Under the pieces are notes generated by a model that did not search any database, had not been told where the DNA came from, and saw only the letters and a list, made by a program, of their open reading frames with translations. A stretch of 64,000 nt of DNA from Diadema antillarum (taxonomy: Eukaryota). Below are positions 13,701 to 25,467 of this stretch, one piece after another. Position 1 is the stretch's first letter. Every line of letters starts with the position of its first letter. The translations under genes and the position numbers were made by a program. Location: contig NW_027271136.1 of assembly GCF_040938485.1 (NCBI RefSeq), positions 372,001 to 436,000 of the forward strand, given 5' to 3'.

Positions 13701-16106
13701 AAAAATGTCGTTTCACCTGATAGAAACGTGGAGATCGGGAATGTGTTACAGCTGTAGGGAAGAGGTTTTTGTTGTGTGTTGCACTTTGTGTGTGTGTGTG
13801 TGTGTGTTTGTTTGTTTTTCTCGGTTTGTTTTTCTTCTTTCTTTTTTCATAAACACCAAACATGCCCTTTCCAATGTCAGTTCGGGGAAACCCACTCACA
13901 AGGGGGGCCCCTCCTTATAAGTAACCCGTCCCCCTTATAAGTAACCCCGTCCCCCTTATAAGTAACCCCCGGGGCACCCCTTATAAGGAGTCTCCACGCT
14001 TTTTTGCAATGCAACGCGAAAATGAAAGGACTGCGGCAATTCGCTTGATTATGTCCATAAAGCTTCACAAGTTTCCTAGTTACTCACGAAATTTGAGCAA
14101 AATCGGTTCGAGGCATCATATCTAAAATCATGGATTTAAATGCGATGTCAAACGACCCATGCGAATGCTGAAATGCGAGCGATTACTGGCGTGAGTGTCG
14201 CCAGGCGCGGCGGCGCGGCAATGCTTGAGTGCAGACGTGGCGACTGAGTATGGAGACTTTCGTACCTTGAGTCCCTGATAGTTGATCTTGCACTGATAGC
14301 AATGAGCGTTTGGTTCACACCATTTTTAGTGTCCATACTACAATATATCTCGAGAATGTAAGGCTTCTGATTGATTGACATGAAATAGTGCTTTCTGAAG
14401 TGGAGAGTTGTAAATGGAGTCGTATCAAAGTATCATTTTTGGCACCCAAGTTACGAAATTTTTGAGAATAAAAACTCTGTGAAATATATGGGGTACACAG
14501 TACTTGTGCTTACTATACAGTTCTATGAGTAATCCATACCTGCGTGCTTTATGTGGATGTCATTCCTCTTCTGATTCAGTATTGGAGGACTAGGAAACAT
14601 GAGTTACCGCTCTTATGTGACGTCATCCTCATTTGCCATTTATTATGGGAGATGTCAAATCTAAATGGGCTTTGCTAAAGTTTACAGTGTTTCAGTCCAT
14701 GAGTGCAGCCTTACTTTTGTTGGGCCCTAGTTAGCCACACCGGCAAGTCCCATCCTCTGTTTTTAAAATGGTAACTGATTGACAAATTGCCCACAATAGA
14801 CATATGTAAATACCAACCATTCAGTGTTTTAGTAGTAGCTCATGATCGAAAATATGGACATACATTGAAAAAAAAAAAACCAACTTGATAAAAAAACAAC
14901 TGGATACATCCTAACATCCGACTGTACCCCACCCATGGAAGACCAGCTATTGCAGCTGACTATGGGCTATCCACCCATCTTCTCAGATGGAACTGAAACA
15001 AACAATGATTTTAATGTCCTTTATTCTCTGACCTCTCTCCGACCAGGGAGCGCTCCTGGCTGGAAGCCATGCACTGGTACGAAGAGGCCGTCAACTGCAC
15101 CAGTGACGACGAGGACGGCCACTTTGACGCCACCATGGAGGACCCCAACTACCAGATCAACGCCCGCATGGCCGAGATGTATCGCAGCGGGGGACCCGAC
15201 CTCGACAAGAACCCGGAGAGAGCAGGTGAGAGCTTTGTCTGGCAGTCAGTGAAAGCCAAATATTCCAGTCATGAAAAGATAGCCTCTCATCATCTCCATT
15301 CATCACTACTACAAACACCAGTTCCATGCAGCTACTCTTATGATAGGATTAACAGAGATGCCAGCTGTTTCTTTTCTGTTGTATTTTGTACTTTTTTTTG
15401 GATGGGGGGGGGGGGGGCAAAAATACTGCAGATTTCATTTAAAATACTGGTTTTCCCTAATGGTATTACTACACATGTATGTCTATTTCAGGATGGTGAA
15501 AGTACTGTTATTCCACCAAAAATATGCCTTTTCAGCCCTCCGAATACTGCAATGCTATTTACAAAGTTGGCATCCCTATGTCAGTGAGATACATGGAATG
15601 AATGGTATGGAAGGTTATCCCAGTAAATTATACCATTCTCTGAAATTTGCAATTATGTAGCACAAGAATGTATCACTGAGTACTGGTAAGTCATTTTGTA
15701 TGCGTGTTCCACATATTTTCAGAATATGGCTGCTATGACATATCCTGGCTAGGGCTTTTTCAAGCAAAAGCCCCAGTGTATTTTTAGTAAAATCTAAACA
15801 CAGATTCTTGTCTTTGCTTGTAATGAGTGATTAATGCCATATCAGTACTCCTGTTGTAGATGATTCTGAAATGAAATGGATATTCTGCTTTTGTATTGTG
15901 GTCGTGCCATCCAAAGCTGTACATGAACCTTGAAAGTAAATGTGTGCACCGTTTTTGTTCTCCCCCTCCCCCCCCCCCCCCCCTTCCCTCACAAAGCCGA
16001 GCTGTATAACGAGGCCGCAGAGGGCGCTGTTGCAGCGATGAAGGGCCGTCTCTCCAACAAGTACTTCATGCTGGCTGAGGAGTGCTATGGGGAGATGGAA
16101 GAGTGA
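1291..16106 (+). CDS. EEF2K: Eukaryotic elongation factor 2 kinase (alpha-kinase), 5'-partial, 12 coding exons
   Basis: GT-AG exons with consistent phase: 1291-1483, 4217-4254, 4871-5042, 6218-6367, 7172-7232, 7845-8044, 8621-8938, 10496-10621, 11424-11612, 12498-12622, 15047-15225, 15997-16106 (TGA). Translation shows the CaM-binding helix KKKWKMAIQRAR, EDPWAKFHLED, GAMRECFR, YIEGKYIKYNSNSGFV, AFSHFTFERSGHKLIVVDIQGVGDLYTDPQIHT, GNLGCRGMALFF..HACNQIC, SEL1-like C-terminal helices and the ending ECYGEMEE. About 619 codons; the start exon(s) were not identified. Confidence 0.97.
2074..3412. mobile_element. pogo/Tc1-mariner-type MITE (TA TSD, CAGT termini)
   Basis: TA|CAGTCAAACCTGTCT ... AGACAGGTTTGACTG|TA, with subterminal GTGGCCG(C/T)TATA repeats at both ends. 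Confidence 0.85.
2311..2795 (-). mobile_element. LINE 3' fragment (CR1/L2-like)
   Basis: The minus strand reads WNSLP/(frameshift)AIRNANSLNTFKSGYKKALLNNY, then a UTR, AATAAA and an (ACTTGAA)n tail (plus strand TTCAAG(T) repeats near 2310-2340). Confidence 0.65.
5337..5776 (-). mobile_element. Helentron-like non-autonomous element (HINE/pearl-type)
   Basis: One end is a degenerate TTATCTGCGCCAAAGAAGTTAT hairpin followed by a (TTTG)n microsatellite. The other end is GGTGGAAGTCTGAACTCTGCGAGTGCTTTTGTAGTT. This layout resembles HINE/DINE-1-like elements as I recall them. Confidence 0.6.
8174..8427. repeat. Fold-back (long imperfect palindrome), MITE-like
   Basis: Perfect 14-bp ends ATGTCTATCACAAT / ATTGTGATAGACAT, with continued complementarity inward (TTGAAATCGTGGTCTGAA / TTCAGACCATGATTTCAA). 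Confidence 0.75.
9407..9619. mobile_element. TACTGTA-type MITE
   Basis: TACTGTAAAAGTGGAAAT ... ATATCCACTTTTACAG; highly similar to 12652-12864. Confidence 0.85.
9761..9908. mobile_element. GGG-terminus MITE (PIF/Harbinger-like) with internal CCAAT
   Basis: TIR of about 35 bp, GGGGCCCGTTTCATAAAACTTGTCATCAGTGACAA and its reverse complement; central CTCAGCCAATCA. Confidence 0.8.
10707..10772. repeat. (TCTA)n microsatellite
   Basis: Direct reading of the sequence. Confidence 0.95.
11639..11851. mobile_element. TACTGTA-type MITE
   Basis: Same family as the 9407 and 12652 copies; right TIR ATATCCACTTTTACAGT. Confidence 0.8.
12652..12864. mobile_element. TACTGTA-type MITE (best-preserved copy)
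   Basis: Perfect 15-bp inverted ends TACTGTAAAAGTGGA / TCCACTTTTACAGTA. Confidence 0.9.
12973..14000. mobile_element. Composite CpG-rich repeat tract: hAT-like left end at 12973, plus an element with CCCCTTATAAGTAAC subrepeats from 13878
   Basis: CAGGCCTTGAATTAACCGACGGCCACCGACGGCCATGGCCGTCGG at 12973. 13878-13990 matches 60103-60180 nearly exactly. Right boundaries not resolved. Confidence 0.45.
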
Positions 16107-18756
16107 GATGGCTTACGGATGAAGCAGAGAGAGAGAGGGGGAACGGGGGGACAGGTTCTCATCCAGCACACCTCATCTCTCAAGCCAGATATGTATTCAG
16201 CCATCATAAGGTCAAATGGATCATCCCACCAGTGTGTTAAGATATAATCAGAAGAATGTAATTTGTAAGCTTCTTTTATTTTTTACTTTTATTTTCACTG
16301 TTTTGCAATTCATGTAGTATTAAACACTGAAAAAATGTTGAGATTATTGTTCTTGCTTTGAGGAATTTAGAATATTAATCTTGTTTGAACATCCATACAG
16401 TGTGGGGGTGGAAGGTTTCATGAGTGAGTAGCATTGGACTAAAGATTGCTGTATGTCAAGAATGTGATGAAGTCTTAAGGAATGTCAAAATATTTTGTCT
16501 GTGTGATTTCCTGAAGTGTACAAACAATGTATTCCTTCATGTCAAACTGATGAGGGATATTTGGAAATGACATCTGGATGGTTAAACAAATTCACATTCA
16601 TGTACAAAGCACTGAAAAAACCCCAACACAAATGTTGTTAGAGATTGCTATGCCTGGGGTTGCACAAGAATTTAGGAGATTTCCCCCTTGTGGCTTGTAA
16701 GACTAAAATGTTGGGCTGCAGAGCCTTCCATGAATGATCATGTCTATCACAGGTCTGTAAACTTGTACCTTGGCTGGTAGGCAAACTGAAATACTATACT
16801 CCAGGAGACGGAACCTTAATTTATTTATCGTAACGCTCACAGTTGATTACATCCTCCTGATAGTAAGCTTAAAGTGAGAATTTGTTGGGACAAACTGAAT
16901 TCTGAGGATTTTAATCTCATTTTTTTTTTTATCTTGTGTAGATACTTTCCTTTCTTTAGTAGCTACTGACTTTGGAAAAGCCAAGTGCAACATAGGCGCA
17001 TATTTCGTGATATACAAAACATTCCTCGTTTGTGCATTTGTTAGATTCAGATATCTGCTTGGATAGGCAGAAGAGAAAATGACTGAAGTTTGAATTATAG
17101 TTCAAGATTAGCCAGGCTCAAGGAGTTTATGTAGTACTGATGTACAGCAGCACCTACTAAATGTTCTCGTGTGGAGAAATCTCTCGCTAGTATAACTCAC
17201 TAGAAAATTTGCCAAAGTAGTGAATGAAATGATTGAAATAATTTCTGATGCAGCTCAAGTAGAAGATAAGTTAGTAGAAGGTAAGCTACTTTTTACTAGA
17301 TTTGTGCCAACAGGTAACCAAAGTTGAATTTACCTCTTCCTATGTCTCCCCCTTCCCTAGAGAGTCGTACTTTTGTAGTGTACATAATGTAAGAATTCAT
17401 TGCTTTGCTTGCTTTGAAGCTGCTCTTGGTGGTTGTCGCTGTAAATTGCATGGAGGAAATAGGAGGAATGGGAGTTTGCATTGTAAATAAGCTGACAAGC
17501 CTTTTTTTTTTGTGGGGGTGATCTGGGAGTACTCCAAGAGAGATGGAAAAAAAAATACAAACATCACGATTATGACATTTAAGGCCAAGCCGAAGGATCT
17601 GTCGGCAAATATGGTGTAATTGTGTTTGTGTGTATATAAGTTGCATAACTTTCCTGTTGCCAGTGGGAAGGGGTAGTTTCGATTATCAACACTTACTCCA
17701 TGGATGTAATGCGTGTGTGTGTAGGTTACGGCTGAACAGTAAAAATATGTAGACCCACTATTCAAATGGATGTCTTTTCTCCATATCAGTCACATGCATA
17801 TATATTGAAACGATTTCATTACATTTTCTCAAATTCTTGTGAAGGCTTACATTGTCTAATGCTGAGATGATCTGTAAGAAAATAATGTTAGTGATACTGC
17901 AGAGTTGCTTGTGAAGATCCTCTTTGGACAATGTCAAATTTGTGACATTGCATTTACAGAGCACATTTTGAGTAAAGTGACAGGCATCTGAATAAGATAG
18001 CTAGCTATCCTATTAGGTCCCCTTAGAATGGCATGTTAGATATCACTATGATATCAAAGTTACTATAACACTTGTGATATTTGTTCAATTTTTCTTTTAA
18101 ACCATTAATAGGCTGTAGCTTACTTCCTTTACCTCTGGTTAGAATTAAACATTGTAGGTGAAGGTAATGTAGGTATTGAAAAGTTGTTGTTGATAAGCTT
18201 TCCTTGTCTGTTTATGGGTGTGTAAATTTCTGTGTTTTCTATGACACGGAAAGTCGCAGGTAGGATGAATATCAGCAATCAACAGTACACATACAGCTGT
18301 AGCTGCACAGAAAGAATGAATGAATGCTTGTCCTGTAGGACAGATTTTAATTTTTTGAGCACTGTGGTGCCTGTAGACAGATCAATTCCCCAAATGATAG
18401 ATTTTGGTTAATATTTCAGTAAGCAGCCAGTAATATTCGAGCCTGTTGTGCCATTATCCTGGTTTTATGTGCAATAGAAGAAAATTTTCTATGATAATAC
18501 AGACATATGCTGTAATTGTCTAGAAATCTCATTTATATTTTCGTATCCTTGTACATATTTTTATGATAACAACTTGTCTGTAGCTAGAACCTTCTCAACA
18601 CTAGGCTTACTGTGAGGATAGCTCCCATTTTGTACCAATGTCCTTTAGAAAAATTTAGTCTCTCATATTATTTGCAATGCAAGTGCTGTAATACTGGTTA
18701 GACTTGGCAAGAGCAATATGTACAGTTTATGCTGTTACTCTTATTGGAAGATGGTA

Positions 18757-19103
18757 CGGTGCACTCCAATTATAACGAACATGGTTGTGACGTAATGCTT
18801 TTTGCATGGAAGTACAGAATATACAGAACCACCACCAACATCTTTCCAGTGCCCACACTGCCCCTGAATGTGTGCCTCATGAATTGGACTTGTCAGCCAC
18901 ATCCGGGCCCATGAGAGACGGTAGCACAATCAAGAATGACATCATCAACTCAATGGTCTACCAACATAGAATATACCGATTCAGGTCAAAGATTATCATC
19001 TATCAACATTTATGTACTTCACTTTTCGTGTACAACAAAATTTCGTTATAATGAAAGAAAACCGCCACTACCAGGGACTTCGTTGTAACGGGGGAGTGCA
19101 CTG
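18757..19103. mobile_element. pogo-type MITE (TA TSD)
   Basis: TA|CGGTGCACTCCAATTATAACGAA ... TTCGTTGTAACGGGGGAGTGCACTG|TA. Confidence 0.75.
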
Positions 19104-19161
19104 TACAGATGGTAGAAAGTGAGAGAGTATAGTTGCCAGTGGGTAATGGCAGACTTGAATG

Positions 19162-19254
19162 TTAACCCTTTCTCTGCCAGGCACTTTGTACAGTGTGTAC
19201 AGTGCTATTTGGGTTTTCTGTATCAATCAACACTCAAAACACACAAAGGGTGAA
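19162..19254. mobile_element. piggyBac-type mini-MITE
   Basis: TTAA|CCC ... GGG|TGAA; inverted relative of 28667-28760. Confidence 0.6.
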
Positions 19255-19277
19255 GCATGTGCACTCTCTCCCACTGG

Positions 19278-19448
19278 TACTGTAAACTGAGGGATGTTCG
19301 CATGCATTTTAATTTCGCGAATTTTGCGAGAGCTAAGATTTGCGAAATTAAAATGCATGTGAAAGTTCTTGTCTACACTATACGTATTGAATGTTTTAGA
19401 GGCGACTCACGAAAATTTTGTGCCGCAAAAATATTGTGTTTTACAGTA
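19278..19448. mobile_element. TACTGTA-type MITE, related subfamily
   Basis: TACTGTAAAC ... GTTTTACAGTA, with internal TTTCGCGAA and inverted GCATTTTAATTTCGC / GCGAAATTAAAATGC. Confidence 0.7.
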
Positions 19449-22400
19449 ATCAATCTCTCAGAGAGGCAGAGGAAAGGAGACAGACAAACAGACACACACA
19501 CAAACACAGACGGACAGAGAGAGAGGTGTGTGTGGGGGGGGGGGATGGGGTGGGTGTCTGTCTGTTGAGAAAGAAGGAGGGACATGCATGCAGTAGCAAA
19601 TGAGTGCATTTATGCTAACTATATACTCCAAATGAGAATGGTAAGAGCACTTTGAAACAGTAAGATGATGGCAAGTTCAGATTAAAGGAGCATGTCACCA
19701 GCGTAAACTTTGTGTGTTTATTACAGTCAATACTATCAACCAAAGTGTTGATGCATGTGCTCATTTGATATTCAGTATGGATAGGTTTATAATCTATACA
19801 GTCATTCTGCTTAGTAATATTTCTTTATTGTTATTTCCACTCAATTCCAAATAGCTAGCAGGTCTCAATGTTGATGCTTGTTGTCTAGTGTGACTATTCT
19901 TCAGTAAGTAATGGCAGATAAACAACATATTGGTTTTGACACAGCTTCATATAGCTTGCCATTTTCACACCAATCAATGATTCAGAAGTAAGAAGGTACT
20001 CAATAGCAAACTGATTACTTGTTCAGGAACGATTCACAAGACTCATAACTATCGCACAAACACATCATAGCACTATACTGCATCATCTCATCTACTTTTC
20101 GTCTATCTCAGGGACATATTTTATAGGAGAATACTCTGATTTGTTAAATTGATTCATTGGTTAAATGTAAAATAATCAATTCCGAATATGAACTTTCCAA
20201 ATGTAACATCCCATGATTTCACATGCAAATTTGTATTTCATTTTTTAAAGATTCCAATAATTATGAGACACACCTGTGATGTCACTGGGCATGTCAACTT
20301 GACATAATGCAGCATACATTGTACAATAATTATTGTTTTCCAACACATTTGATAAGGATTGCATCGTACCTTGTACAATAATTGATGTTTTCCTACACAT
20401 TTGACAAGAAGTACTGTATCGTAATCATGAGTTCACAGGTAATCATTTCCTTTCCATGGATTCACAGAATGCGATAAGGTATGCAATAAAGTTGTACTGT
20501 TTGTGATGTACAGAATGCACCATGTATCAATGTCAAATGTAAAAGCATTTCTGTAGTTGGCAAGTTATCCTCCAAAGAACACTATCTGTTCTGTGAGAAA
20601 ACGCAGAACACGTAGTGACATTTAGTGACATGCTATTAACGGAAGTTGTACAATGTTAATTCAAGAGTGACTGGTCACTAAAAAAACAAAAAACAAAAAA
20701 ACAAAAAACTGAACAAAAACTTGTAAATGCGAAGATTGTGACAAAGAGGAACTTACCAGTACATTTTACGTTGTCTACTCTTTATTGTTGTCTTCAAACA
20801 CATCCTTCATATCAGTAAGTCAAGATGTATAGGCGACACTGTGTACATATATGAAAAAATTCCATTCTTATTTTTTCCATCCACTTTCTTCTGATTTTCT
20901 TCTTCAGATAAGTGCTTCCTGTGATACGTTAGAGACACACTGCCAGTTTTACGTCAATTTCCAATTTTTTATATTGTCAATTGAATGTTGTTTGAATTTT
21001 GCCAGGGAACACTGAATTGATAAGTCTTTACACTCCCATCCTCCTGCAGTATCAATAGCTGGCAACTGTACATAAGGTCTGACTGAATGATTACACTTAG
21101 AGTCCCTGGTTTTTCTATTACCAGCTACCATGTCAAGAGATTCTCACTGATGTCTCAGAATATGTCACTCCATGTAAGCTGTAAAGAAAACTATTTTGTT
21201 TCTGAGTAGACAACTAGAAATTGATATATTAAAAACATGATTTACTGTTTGCAGACGAAACAAAAACCCAGCATCAGTGCTTTAAAATAGTTCTAATATG
21301 TGAGTTTGGGATAGAAGCATTTGAATCAGTATAATCAATGTGAAGTATTGTTAAATATGCAAAATGTGAACAATAGTTATAAGAAAAATGTTTCCAGACT
21401 AAACCGTCTACAGAAAAACAGTGATATCTCCTTATATTTTAGGATTTATTGCTAGATTTTTATATGGTAGGATGTTTTGTAATACAACTGACCTCCACGT
21501 ATCGTCGTTGGGGTGACAAGACCTTGTATCTGAAATTTTGGTGAAAATGACTTTTTTGAATTAATGGTCAAATAATGGGTTAAGTGATGTCCTGTCCAAA
21601 TCCCAACTGTCTTACTCCAAAAATAAAGCCACCACAGCATGTCAAAGGAAAGGCTTTCCCATTCGCTATAGTGCTTTGGCTGCCATGTTTTTTGGCTCTC
21701 CTGAACACTTGACATTTTGTAGATACGAGGTCTTGTCGTCCCAGCGACGATATGCGTCAAATGTGATATCTTAAACATTTTTTAAATCACTGCTCGCAAA
21801 GGTAAACAGGACCTTTAATAAGAAATGTTTTCAGTGATTGTGATTGGCTGCAATAATTACAGATAGGACAATTGTGACCCACGGAAAAACATATCTAAAA
21901 AACATATCTAAATATGGAAGATAAGAAACACTTAAAATATATTACGAGGGAAGGAGGTGAAATCTAATTAAATATTGCATCTGTCATGTCGTACCTGCCC
22001 TGTCTAATAATGCATACATTCTTTTATCTGGACAAACACTTAAATCTTATCTTTTTAAGGAAATGTAAATGTGCAGTAAGATAAAAATTGGACAGAATAT
22101 TTACCACATCTCTAGGTCTCCAAGTTTGCTCTTACCAAAGTTAGTCTTGTACTAGTCCCACCCTCACAGCAGTATTTTGGATACTTTAAAGCTGCTACCA
22201 AAGTGAATTCAGACATACGTTGTTTTATGATTATATAATACCTAATGATGATCACTTACCCACAAATCTTACACAGATTAGAAGTATTGATGTCACAAGG
22301 AAGCACATACTTAACCTTTCTAATCTCTTGATAATTTTGACAAACAAAGTTTGTTATAAATTTCTACACTTTTGTACAAATGTATATATGTAACTTTGGT

Positions 22401-22701
22401 GAGTAAACACACCTTTATGGATTATATGACTCATGTATATACTTGTCCATTTCAAGCAATTACTGACATAATGCCAATTTCGTACTTTAATGTTTTTGCA
22501 AAATTCTTCTTTTTACCATGTCTTTAGAGAGTTGTGCACATATACGGCATTTAATAGGCAGGCATTCAGCTGTGTATTGTCACTGAATTTAACGTGAGTT
22601 TTCATGTCATGGCAAGGATATTCTTTTTACAAATGATTTTTACCATGTTGTAACCAAGTATGATTTCTTTACATCACTCAACAAACTGTTTTGAAATAAT
22701 A

Positions 22702-22877
22702 CAGTCAACCTGGCTTAAATCAACCTCACATAAGGTGAATAATCACCTAAGTTGAATGTCATTTCAAGTCCTCTTCTCCTTATGTTCTATTGATTTTAAT
22801 CCCTTCTAAGTCAAATTTTTGCCAAGTCAAAGCTATTTCTTCAGTCCAAATAGATTAAATTTAGGCAAGGTTGACTG
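22702..22877. mobile_element. pogo-type MITE (TA TSD)
   Basis: TA|CAGTCAACCT ... AGGTTGACTG|TA. Confidence 0.7.
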
Positions 22878-24342
22878 TACTAGTAATTCAGTGAATTGTA
22901 TATGCATTGTCCTTTTTTTTTTCGTGATACAACATAAAAGCATGATTCTATTCCAATTGTTTGTACTGGGCATTACCATGATTCTGTGTATGGGTGTAGA
23001 CTTCTCACTCCCCCCCCCCCCCAAAAAAAAAAAAAAACAATAAAGAATAGGCAAGAGGAAATATGATACCTTCTAATGAGCATGAGGGTCCTTGGGCAAA
23101 AATAAAGTGTATTTGAAAACTGAATATGAAATCCACATTTATATTAACTGAAATCTAATAAGACTCTGTTCTCACCAGTTTTGTACGGATTTCATGAATG
23201 AATTTATTAATATAAACACTACACAGTGGAAATCGTGTTCCCTTTATTTCCTTGATTGTCAATCTATCTGTCCAGTTCTTTCATCTGATTGGAACATTTC
23301 ATATCCTCCAATGCAAGATAACACATCGCTCTGTGAATCAAACATGTTAGTGAAAGTTGGTCTGTTCATTATTTTGATTTGATTTTGTTCCGTTTATCGT
23401 GCTGAAGCGCGGAGTTTAGTCCATCTGCAAACTGCTCGTTGGAAACAAAACTGGTAGAATTTTGTGTCTTGGCTTGATGCCCATCAGTACAATCAGATTG
23501 AAGTTGATGTGTGCTCTCCTTTGTATTTTCTATCAAAAAGTGTATATTAAAATTGTGGGTTTTTTTTCAGACAATCCTTTCGTAAGAGTGAACTTTCCAA
23601 TTCTCTCGTATCTTGAGTACTGCTTTATAAATCTATATCTATGTGGTATTATATGTCTTCTGTCTTTTGCAACCTTTCTTTCAAGTAAGAATAACTTTTG
23701 TTTTCATTTCCATGTTTGAAATATCTAAAGCTAATACATGGTATTATGTTGTAAAGCATTCTCTGCAAACAATAGTTTGCAATCATGGTTTTTGTTTTGC
23801 ATGTAAAAATATGTTTTGAAGGAGTATACCATTACTTGGCTCAGCCAATATGGTGTTTTGCCAAAGGAGTTTGTTCAAAAGGGATGTGGCAACTGATGTG
23901 GATTACTTTGGGTATGTCATTTAAGGTAAGGATGATACAGTATTGCTTTGATGACATTCATAAAATGTCATTTGGTTCATTGAAACTGTCACCGTTATGA
24001 TACTTTGCAGCCCACTGTGTAAATGACTATATACAGGTGTGCAGATGGTGTCGGTTTAGGACAAGATGGATGTAACTCCACATTGTTTGTGAGCTGTTCT
24101 TACGAGTCTCCAACTATGAATGAATGATGCGTAGCTATGATGTGATAAAGCAGGAAAAGTACCCTTGGTACCCAATGTACTTTTGGGTCATTGGAGGCGA
24201 TGTGATGGAATAAAGTATGAACAAAAACAATATTTGTTGAACAATTTGTATAATTCATTCAGTGAGTGCTGTCATCAGAAAAAAGAACACATTGTTCATT
24301 GACTGCTGGTCATACTAAATTGGGAATATATAATGTAGTTGC

Positions 24343-24729
24343 TAAAGGGTGTGTACAATTCTGGTCGAGGTGAGAATTTAGCTTTTAACGTTTTGTGAGA
24401 TATTCAGAAACCACTCTATGAGACGTCAAAGAGCATGCAATTCTAAGGGGTATCAAAAGTTTATTTAATGAAAATCGGTTTTAAAATGGCTGAGATATCC
24501 AAAAACAAGGTGAGACAAAGAGATCCTAATAAAAGGCATGACCTGTCGCCTTTCATTATTATCACTTTTTTGGATATCTCAGCCATTTGAAAACCAATTT
24601 TCATCTAACGTTGAATCCTTCTTAAAACTACATTCTCTTTCATAGTCCATAAGAGGTTTCTCATTATCTCACTTAGGAATGTTCAAAACATGAATCCCCA
24701 CCTCAACCAGTACTGTACAGTCACTTTAA
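24343..24729. mobile_element. Kolobok-type MITE of about 380 bp
   Basis: TAAAGGG..GTAC...TGGTCGAGGTG ... CACCTCAACCAGTACTGTACAGTCACTTTAA. Internal TTTTGAAATGGCTGAGATATCC inverted repeats shared with four other copies. Confidence 0.75.
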
Positions 24730-25020
24730 CATTTATCACTGATTACACACTACTTCAAAGGTGTTTGGTAGAGGTCTTTGTACCCATGATAATATGAGTA
24801 CCGGTACACATGGGTAATGTAAAACTTCAAAAATGGAAATGACCACTCGGGTATAGTGTTAATCAAAACAATAATAATGCTAGCTGGTCATCCCTATATG
24901 CTACTGAAGGCCAAGTTATGTTATGTGATCGAAATTATGCTTCTGCTCAAACATTATTTCAGTTTAATGAATGCAGAGGAGTAAACCTCTAAAGTAAAAG
25001 TGTTGTATGCCCATTTACTG

Positions 25021-25025
<5 letters not shown>

Positions 25026-25104
<79 letters not shown>
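25026..25104. repeat. Compound (CA)n(TA)n microsatellite
   Basis: Direct reading of the sequence. Confidence 0.95.
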
Positions 25105-25105
<1 letters not shown>

Positions 25106-25467
25106 GAAAGAACACTTAATTGGGAAATATTAAGCATTATGCATGATATCAATATATCATTAAACAAGTCACAAAAGCAGTGATTGTCCAGGGACAAATA
25201 AAGGGTTCGTTTCTCAAGATCGACATGGTTTATTGATTTTCACCCACCCCTTTGATTAATTACTATTTATCTATTATGTTGTCAAAAATAAGCATGAGGA
25301 GTCATTCGAGAAACCTTCGAGGTTTTGATCATGCGAGATTTTCATTTGTTCTTTACTCTCTTTTCTTTTCTTTTTTTTTCGTTTTGTTTTGCCATTTATA
25401 TTCAAGCTAGAAATCACATGAAGATGTGAAATTATTATGTACAGGATTGAAAATCACGCCTTCCTCT

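Noticed and set aside
13199-13757. ORFs of about 107-109 aa in an eEF2K intron
   Set aside because: They lie within a CpG-rich repeat tract and show no transposase or other motifs.
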